64,000 nt of DNA, taken from a virus. The notes under the pieces are model-generated. The model did no database searches and was not told the DNA's origin. It saw only the letters and a list, made by a program, of their open reading frames with translations. The position numbers and the translations under genes are program-made. How positions within the stretch are numbered: the first letter of the stretch is position 1; every line of letters begins with the position of its first letter. The stretch lies in the IMG/VR virus record IMGVR_UViG_3300010276_000001. One strand, given 5' to 3'. Positions 57,959 through 64,000 of this stretch are shown here, in pieces.

Positions 57959-58935
57959 TGCTCATTCTCCCACGGCGGTTTAGCATCCGTCATGTTAATC
58001 TGTCCGTCATCATCATTTTCCGGAGTATTCTCTGATTGTTGATATTTTTGAGTTTTAACTATCTTTTGTGGTTCATCTTTTTGTTCCTGTTGTGGTTCCT
58101 CATGAACTTCCTCATATTCCACATCAGCAGCATTTTCAATGTCTATCAGTTCTTTGTTTGCATTTTCCTCAATTTCAGCTTCAACTTCTGCTTCTTTCAA
58201 TTCCTCGTCCATTTGTTTAGCAAATTTAGCAACAATACTCTTATCATCAGAGGAATTAATAACGTACTTGCAAACCTTATTAATTGCCGTCTTTTCACAC
58301 ATATCAGCAGTGAATTTATCATGTGTACTACCAGCTTTGATATTGCCTTTATCATCAACTGGTCTCATTTGCGACTGCTTCCATGCCTGTTTAATTTGGT
58401 CTAAAGTCAAGATAGTAGATAACTCTTTACCATCCTTGTAAAGAATAGTTGCATAGGCACCGATAATTTTATCTTTATTGATATTTCCTAACTTTTGCTT
58501 ATGTAACGTTACAACCTCTTTTCCGTGCCTAATTTCATATTCAAACTCGTCATCTTCATACACCGTTTTTGCATATATATCAACAATATTAGGATCAACC
58601 ATTTTTGCTACATGCATGGATCCGAAATAAGACCTCATGCAAACAAGTTTCTTGCCGTATGCTATGAAATAGCACTGTTTCTTATCTGGATTCAAACCTT
58701 GAATTACCATGCTCAAAAGTGCATTTGCTATGCTTGCTTGCGTACATACTTCAAGCACAGGTTTCTTGTTCATATCAGTTGTTTCCTGAATCATAAGCCA
58801 TGCAGATTTTAAAGCGTTTTCAGGAACGTAATTTTCAGGGAAGAAAAGTTCCCCATTATTTTGGAATTGTTTGATTTTTTGTTCGACTATATCAATAGTC
58901 TCTTTTTTTACAACTGCTAAATTATTATTTGCCAT
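57955..58935 (-). CDS. recT: RecT-family single-strand annealing protein
   Basis: QGLNPDKKQCYFIAYG, RSYFG, IIGAYA, MCEKTAI. Confidence 0.9.
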   Translation of the reverse strand: MANNNLAVVKKETIDIVEQKIKQFQNNGELFFPENYVPENALKSAWLMIQETTDMNKKPVLEVCTQASIANALLSMVIQGLNPDKKQCYFIAYGKKLVCMRSYFGSMHVAKMVDPNIVDIYAKTVYEDDEFEYEIRHGKEVVTLHKQKLGNINKDKIIGAYATILYKDGKELSTILTLDQIKQAWKQSQMRPVDDKGNIKAGSTHDKFTADMCEKTAINKVCKYVINSSDDKSIVAKFAKQMDEELKEAEVEAEIEENANKELIDIENAADVEYEEVHEEPQQEQKDEPQKIVKTQKYQQSENTPENDDDGQINMTDAKPPWENEQ

Positions 58936-60890
58936 TATTCCTCAACCTCCACTCTTAATGTTTTATCTTTGCTAACTATTAAGCCAATAACTTGGCTATC
59001 GGTATCAATTAACTCGTTAATGCTTTCTTTGTTGTCGATAAATATCGGAGCAAATATGTCATAATGCTTTGTCAATGTATTAATAATATCCAACCCTGCA
59101 TTAATCTTTGCAGCATTATTAGCATCACTGAACGGTACACCGTTGATTAATGCTTCACAGCAATCAACTATGGAACCGTTGACTTGTGTATCAAACATCT
59201 TAAACCGTACAAACTTAAACTTTTGATTAATTCTATCTTCAAGCATATTAACCTTTGCTTTGGTGAATTTGTCACATAAGAATTGCTGCTTTTCAATATT
59301 TAAAATCTGTTGCGACAAGTTCTTTTCTTCCTGCTTCAATTCTTCAATTCTGGCCTTTGATTTTTCAATAACTTCACGATTATTAAGAGTAGCATTAATA
59401 TCATTTATTCTGCTGTTTATGCGTTGCTTTTCAAGTATGAGTGATTCCGTATCAATACTACTTGCATTAGATAATTCGTTTTTCATTGCCGCAATTTCAT
59501 TCTTTAAAGCTGTGTACTGTTCGTTATCATCAAAGTTAACTTCCTGTACCGGAATATTAAGCTTTTCTTCAACTTCTTTGAGTTTGTCGTTTATTGTTGA
59601 AAGAATATCACTTAATTCAGCGTTTTTGGTTTCTCTGGATTTTATATCTTCTTTGGCATCATCAATCGATTTTTTAAGAGATTTGCCATTAACTGATATA
59701 GTACTAAGTATTACAGTTTTATTGTCTTCAAAATTCTTTTTCAGTTTTTCAATTTGACTTTCTTTTTGGTCTTCTGGAAGGTTCTGTTTACAAACCGGGC
59801 AAATGAAATTGCTATCATCAGGGGCAACAAATTGCTTTGCTTTTTCAGTATTCCATTGTTCTACCAACTTTTTAATTTCCTGCTCCCAGTTAATGATATT
59901 ATCTTTGTTCCTTGCAATAACCTCATTATTTCGCTTTATCATTGATTCTGTATCTTCTTTTTCGTATAACAACTCACGCTTTCTTGCTTTCAGCTTTTCA
60001 ACTTCACTATAAGCAGCTTTCTCAATTTCTCTTTTGAGTGATTCAATCTGATTCTTCTTTGCAAATACTTCACTTTGTTTTTTTCTGAACTCATTGGCCG
60101 CATTTGTCGCCTGTGTCATCTTTATTTCAATGTCATTCAACTGTGAATCCAATGTTGATTTCTCTGCTTCAAGTGCTGCATAATCTATGCTGCCATCCAA
60201 TTCCGGCATATTCCTATAAACTTCATCAATCCTAGCCGGTATTTCTTTTATCTCTTTGTTCAATCTCGCATGTTGCGCAGCTATCATTTTCTTAAAATCA
60301 TCAATTGACTTGTCACCAACAATAGCCTGTAATTTTTGTAATTCTTCATCCGAATTAAATACTTCACTGTCCGGTATATCTCCTAATACCTCAAGCAGTA
60401 ATGTCCTTCTGTCTTGCCACTTCATAACTGTATTGAAGTATAGAACATTGGTAATAAGTTTGAATATATCCTCGCTGATAATACTTCCAATTTTCTCCGT
60501 ATATTCACTTTTTGACTTTGGAACTTCGTCAATAAAAAATACAGTTTCGTGGCCTGTCATGGTCCTTTCAGCTTCACCCTTACGTTTTGTCCATTTCTCT
60601 TTATAAACCTTTCTTAATGTTATAGGCTTATTATCAATCGACAGAACAGCCTCGACTTCATGCTCTAACCCATGAATTACGTTACCATTGTTGTTATAAG
60701 TCTTAATACCAAAATCCTTACGATTTTGACTGTCCTTATCAAATAACAGCCACATGAAAGCATCAAATATTGTTGTTTTTCCGGCTCCATTATCTCCGTA
60801 AACATTGGCATTCTTTCCGTCAACTTTTAATGTAAAATCTCTTATCCCTTTAAAATTCTTAAGCTTTAAGCTTACTAATCTAATTTGCAT
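58935..60890 (-). CDS. SMC/SbcC-like coiled-coil ATPase
   Basis: LKLKNFKG, GDNGAGKTT Walker A, CPVC Zn hook, PIFIDNKES. Confidence 0.88.
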   Translation of the reverse strand: MQIRLVSLKLKNFKGIRDFTLKVDGKNANVYGDNGAGKTTIFDAFMWLLFDKDSQNRKDFGIKTYNNNGNVIHGLEHEVEAVLSIDNKPITLRKVYKEKWTKRKGEAERTMTGHETVFFIDEVPKSKSEYTEKIGSIISEDIFKLITNVLYFNTVMKWQDRRTLLLEVLGDIPDSEVFNSDEELQKLQAIVGDKSIDDFKKMIAAQHARLNKEIKEIPARIDEVYRNMPELDGSIDYAALEAEKSTLDSQLNDIEIKMTQATNAANEFRKKQSEVFAKKNQIESLKREIEKAAYSEVEKLKARKRELLYEKEDTESMIKRNNEVIARNKDNIINWEQEIKKLVEQWNTEKAKQFVAPDDSNFICPVCKQNLPEDQKESQIEKLKKNFEDNKTVILSTISVNGKSLKKSIDDAKEDIKSRETKNAELSDILSTINDKLKEVEEKLNIPVQEVNFDDNEQYTALKNEIAAMKNELSNASSIDTESLILEKQRINSRINDINATLNNREVIEKSKARIEELKQEEKNLSQQILNIEKQQFLCDKFTKAKVNMLEDRINQKFKFVRFKMFDTQVNGSIVDCCEALINGVPFSDANNAAKINAGLDIINTLTKHYDIFAPIFIDNKESINELIDTDSQVIGLIVSKDKTLRVEVEE

Positions 60891-61208
60891 TTACACATAC
60901 CCCCTTAATTCTTTAAGTTGTTCATAAAGATTCAAATACTGTTCCCTGTACTGGTCACGTTCAGCTTCCGCTTTTACCACATCAGATAAAAGCCTACTTT
61001 CCATCTGTTTAGCTGTTTCATCATGCAGTTGTTCATCTAATGCGTTGTAAAGCTTTTCTGCTTGTTCTCCGTTTATATCAACTGAAATTTTAGAATAAAA
61101 TTTGTCTATGATTGTGATAGTGCCAGTCTGTTTGAGTGGATTGTATTTGAATTCAATACTGTCTGTATCATATAAAGATACATCTGCATTATTTAATTGC
61201 ATTGACAA
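60891..61208 (-). CDS. hypothetical protein
   Basis: ORF coupled to the ATPase gene. Confidence 0.65.
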   Translation of the reverse strand: MSMQLNNADVSLYDTDSIEFKYNPLKQTGTITIIDKFYSKISVDINGEQAEKLYNALDEQLHDETAKQMESRLLSDVVKAEAERDQYREQYLNLYEQLKELRGYV

Positions 61209-61432
61209 TTTCGCCCCTTTGTTTTATACTGTACTTGAAAATATGTTTTTTATATTTGCACTTTTAAAAGTGCTTTTTTTATGCCTTTTTATCGAATTTA
61301 AAAGTGTCTATGTATTTACCATTGTCTTTAGTTGGCTTTTTGTACATTATGTACATGATTGTTATTCCGGTAATCAATCCGGAACAGAAAAATATAAACC
61401 AAATTAATAAGTCACCCAAAAACTTTAAAAAT

Positions 61433-61648
61433 TCACCCATGTACTGCCTCCCCTCTAAACCATTTGTGGCAATCTTCTAAACAATAGTAATATGCGTTCC
61501 CGATTTTCTTCCTTGGCATTCCTTCCTGTACAAAGTTTGTTAGCATTCCTTTACTGCATAGTAATACTTTACATGCTATTTTATAGCTGACATATTCCTT
61601 GCCTTCGTGTATAATTCTATCTTCAACAGGCGGTTTACCTATCGCCAC
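61433..61648 (-). CDS. small HTH DNA-binding protein (excisionase/RDF candidate)
   Basis: YVSYKIACKVLLCSKGMLTNFVQEGMP...YYY...CHKW. Confidence 0.55.
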   Translation of the reverse strand: MAIGKPPVEDRIIHEGKEYVSYKIACKVLLCSKGMLTNFVQEGMPRKKIGNAYYYCLEDCHKWFRGEAVHG

Positions 61649-61663
61649 TTTGTTTCACCCCAC

Positions 61664-61960
61664 TTACTTTGTATATTCCTTAATTCCGAATATTCCATGA
61701 TACGGTGCATATTGATTGTTGTAATAATCAATAATGTTTTTTACTTCTTCGTTTTCTGCAATCAATTTCATGTTCTCTTGCTCTAATGCTTCATTCTGTG
61801 CTGATAAACTTTGCACTCTTGAATGTAATGCATCATAAGCCTCTCGCAACGTCATTTCCCTGCTTTTTAAATCTGGAATTGTGAAACATACTAGAACAAG
61901 TACCGTACATGTTGATAGAATTGCTATGGAATTTATAATACTTCTTAATATTCGCTTCAC
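61664..61960 (-). CDS. membrane-anchored coiled-coil protein
   Basis: N-terminal TM then coiled coil. Confidence 0.6.
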   Translation of the reverse strand: MKRILRSIINSIAILSTCTVLVLVCFTIPDLKSREMTLREAYDALHSRVQSLSAQNEALEQENMKLIAENEEVKNIIDYYNNQYAPYHGIFGIKEYTK

Positions 61961-62190
61961 GCTGTCACCCCCTCATTCTTAAAACAAAGCTATGATAATC
62001 ATTAACCCTATGCCAATTGCTGTTACTCCCCATGCAAACGCATTACTTTCTCTGCACCTATCCTCTAGCCACTTAATCATCAATATCACCACCTTCTTGA
62101 CATCTAATTCATTTTTTATTTGACTATTTGTCGGGCTGTCTTTTGTGTTTTATGCTGAAATGCTTTCAATTTCTTTCTTTAGTCTCTCAA

Positions 62191-62403
62191 TTATGCCCCT
62201 TCTTTAACTTGATTACTTTCTGTACTATCAAGCAAACTTGAAAAAACGTCTAAATCAATGACAGCAAACTTCTTTTTTAAAGATTCGTAAAATTCGTCCC
62301 ATGTGCCATTTTTTACTCTACATATAATTTTAAGTCCTGTATGCTTGCCATAAAAAACTTTAGGTTCACTCATTTTAGTATCATCTATTTTGGCACCACT
62401 CAT
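62191..62403 (-). CDS. hypothetical protein
   Basis: ORF coupled to cro. Confidence 0.5.
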   Translation of the reverse strand: MSGAKIDDTKMSEPKVFYGKHTGLKIICRVKNGTWDEFYESLKKKFAVIDLDVFSSLLDSTESNQVKEGA

Positions 62404-62636
62404 GTTTTATTCCTCCGCTTTTTTGACATTTTAAATTCAATATCTATTCCAAGCACTTCAAAAACTTTTAGCATAACATCTTCATTCCATCGTTTGTTGC
62501 CATTTATTAGATTCGTTATATATTGTGGTGTATAGCCTGTAGCTTGTGCCAGTTGAGTTTTGTTCATATTAAGTTCTTGCATGCGTTGAATTACAACTGA
62601 ATTGATATTTGATATGTTTTTGTCTTCATTTACCAC
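62400..62636 (-). CDS. Cro-like XRE HTH regulator
   Basis: MNKTQLAQATGYTPQYITNLINGNKRW. Confidence 0.85.
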   Translation of the reverse strand: MVNEDKNISNINSVVIQRMQELNMNKTQLAQATGYTPQYITNLINGNKRWNEDVMLKVFEVLGIDIEFKMSKKRRNKT

Positions 62637-62717
62637 GTTGTTTCACCTCCATTGTAAAATAACAAAAGCCGACCAACACATGTGACTAATTACTAATTAG
62701 ATAGTCACCGGTTGCTC

Positions 62718-62755
62718 GGCTCTGGCTCTGGCTCTCTGGCTCTGGCTCTGGCTCT
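62718..62755 (-). repeat. (AGAGCC)3-AG-(AGAGCC)3 hexamer array
   Basis: GGCTCT on + strand at 62718, 62724, 62730, 62738, 62744, 62750. Confidence 0.95.
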
Positions 62756-62756
62756 T

Positions 62757-62939
62757 TTATGCGATATTATGTTTACGTTTTGTTCTATTGATTATCTCCT
62801 GCTGTTCTAAATCAGTCTGATGTTTTATATCTACCTCCCCTCTGTGGTATCTGCACCATATTTTAACACCAGCTGCGTTTTCCGTCGTTTTTGCTAATTT
62901 TAAACCGCATATTGGGCATAAAAACCACTTTTCATTCAT
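62757..62939 (-). CDS. Mu Com-like / Cys-rich zinc-finger protein
   Basis: WFLCPICGLKL...IWCRYHRGEV. Confidence 0.6.
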   Translation of the reverse strand: MNEKWFLCPICGLKLAKTTENAAGVKIWCRYHRGEVDIKHQTDLEQQEIINRTKRKHNIA

Positions 62940-63066
62940 AATAAACGCCTCACTTTTAAAATTTATTTAACTTGGACTCGCTCTTGCCTTCTTTTCATAA
63001 CCGATTATGACCGATATTAACTCTTTCAGTTTTTCAACCCCCCTTGGTTTTTCTTACACTGTAATA

Positions 63067-63247
63067 TTAAACTAATAGTTGAATAATATCAAGTACCAAA
63101 ATAAACCATTTGATTCAAATAAGACAGATTATCTTTATCTTACTTTAAATTCCTTTTTAATTCTATTAGTTTAATAATTTTTAAAATTTATAATTCTATT
63201 GGAATATTGTATAATTTAAAAACTAATGGTAAAATTTAAACTAATAG
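63067..63247. promoter_or_regulatory. lysis/lysogeny switch with three 12-bp TTAAACTAATAG operator candidates
   Basis: 63067-63078 (+), 63163-63174 (inverted), 63236-63247 (+); degenerate copy ~63218. Confidence 0.65.
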
Positions 63248-63273
63248 AATAAAACAGAAAGGAGTGATTACCT

Positions 63274-63657
63274 ATAAACAACTTATTAAAGCTTAGAAAA
63301 CAAAGAAACATGACTGGAATTGAAGTAGCAGAATATTTAAATATATCACCACAATTTTATTATTTATTAGAAAAGGGTAAGAAGACATTAACACAAGAGT
63401 ATTTAGAAAAACTATCAGACTTATATGGTGTTACTATTGATTATATATTAAATAGGACTAATGAAGAAACACTTAGCCCATCTACCACTAAAATAGTTAA
63501 CGAAGTTATAAAAACAGATCCAGAATTATTAGAAAAAATGATACTTGCCAAAGACTTATCAGAAAAAGATAGAGAAAAAATCAAAGAATATACTGATATG
63601 CTAATAGAAAGAAGACAAAAAGAATTAGAACAGCAATATAAAACTAATAAAGAATAG
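63274..63657 (+). CDS. CI-like XRE repressor
   Basis: LLKLRKQRNMTGIEVAEYLNISPQFYYLLEKGKK...LSDLYGVTIDYIL; divergent from cro. Confidence 0.88.
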   Translation: MNNLLKLRKQRNMTGIEVAEYLNISPQFYYLLEKGKKTLTQEYLEKLSDLYGVTIDYILNRTNEETLSPSTTKIVNEVIKTDPELLEKMILAKDLSEKDREKIKEYTDMLIERRQKELEQQYKTNKE

Positions 63658-63668
63658 AAGGTGTTTAA

Positions 63669-64000
63669 ATGATTTTTGCTGCTATCTATGCAAGAGTATC
63701 AACTGAAGAACAAGCAAATAGAGAAAATTCTATTCCTGCTCAAATAAGATTGATTAAAGAGTATTGCCAAAAAAACAATATACAAATATATAATGAGTAT
63801 GTAGATGAAGGAATATCTGGACAAAAAGAAGACCGCCCCGCATTTCAAAAAATGATTAAAGATGCAAAAGGTGGTCATTTTTCTGTTATTCTTGTACATA
63901 AATTCGATAGATTCGCAAGGAAAATTGAATTAAGCCGAAAAATAAAAACAGAGCTAAAAAAAGCCGGTGTAAATGTAATTAGTATTACCGAGCCTGTAGA
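63669..64000 (+). CDS. large serine recombinase (prophage integrase), truncated by window end
   Basis: IYARVSTEEQ, YVDEGISG, RPAFQKMI, VHKFDRFAR; missed by the ORF track because it has no stop. Confidence 0.92.
   Translation, partial: MIFAAIYARVSTEEQANRENSIPAQIRLIKEYCQKNNIQIYNEYVDEGISGQKEDRPAFQKMIKDAKGGHFSVILVHKFDRFARKIELSRKIKTELKKAGVNVISITEPV

Larger units (their letters stand above)
1085..64000. mobile_element. temperate siphovirus-like prophage (left boundary uncertain, right boundary beyond window)
   Basis: Complete head, tail, lysis, replication, immunity and integrase modules. Confidence 0.9.

Noticed and set aside
12091-60606. Many opposite-strand ORFs in the track (e.g. 12445-12846, 14649-15137, 37290-37730, 46923-47321, 59260-59757)
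   Set aside because: Shadow ORFs of well-supported genes, with no RBS or recognisable motifs

Overview
AT-rich window that is almost entirely one temperate siphovirus-like prophage of a Firmicute (probably Clostridia). It has three large transcription blocks. (1) A leftward accessory operon (~2.3-8.8 kb) behind near-consensus sigma-A promoters. It carries a tyrosine recombinase, a DUF3560-like protein and many unknown ORFs. Its intergenic spacers contain self-cleaving ribozymes that I read directly from the sequence: one twister, one type III hammerhead and one type II hammerhead. (2) A rightward packaging/head/tail/lysis block (~10-45.2 kb) with unusual cargo: a CX5R phosphatase, a GT4 glycosyltransferase plus SAM methyltransferase between terminase and portal, an HNH-AP2 endonuclease, a beta-helix tail protein and a papain-like protease fused to a tail-type domain. 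(3) A leftward early/replication block (45.3-62.9 kb: Cro, SMC-like ATPase, RecT, MBL nuclease, SSB, DnaD-type initiator, sigma factor, RecU, late activator) that converges on the late block. CI and a large serine integrase follow, the integrase cut by the window edge. A c-di-GMP-I riboswitch lies at the far left. All calls come from motif reading by eye; no database searches were run.
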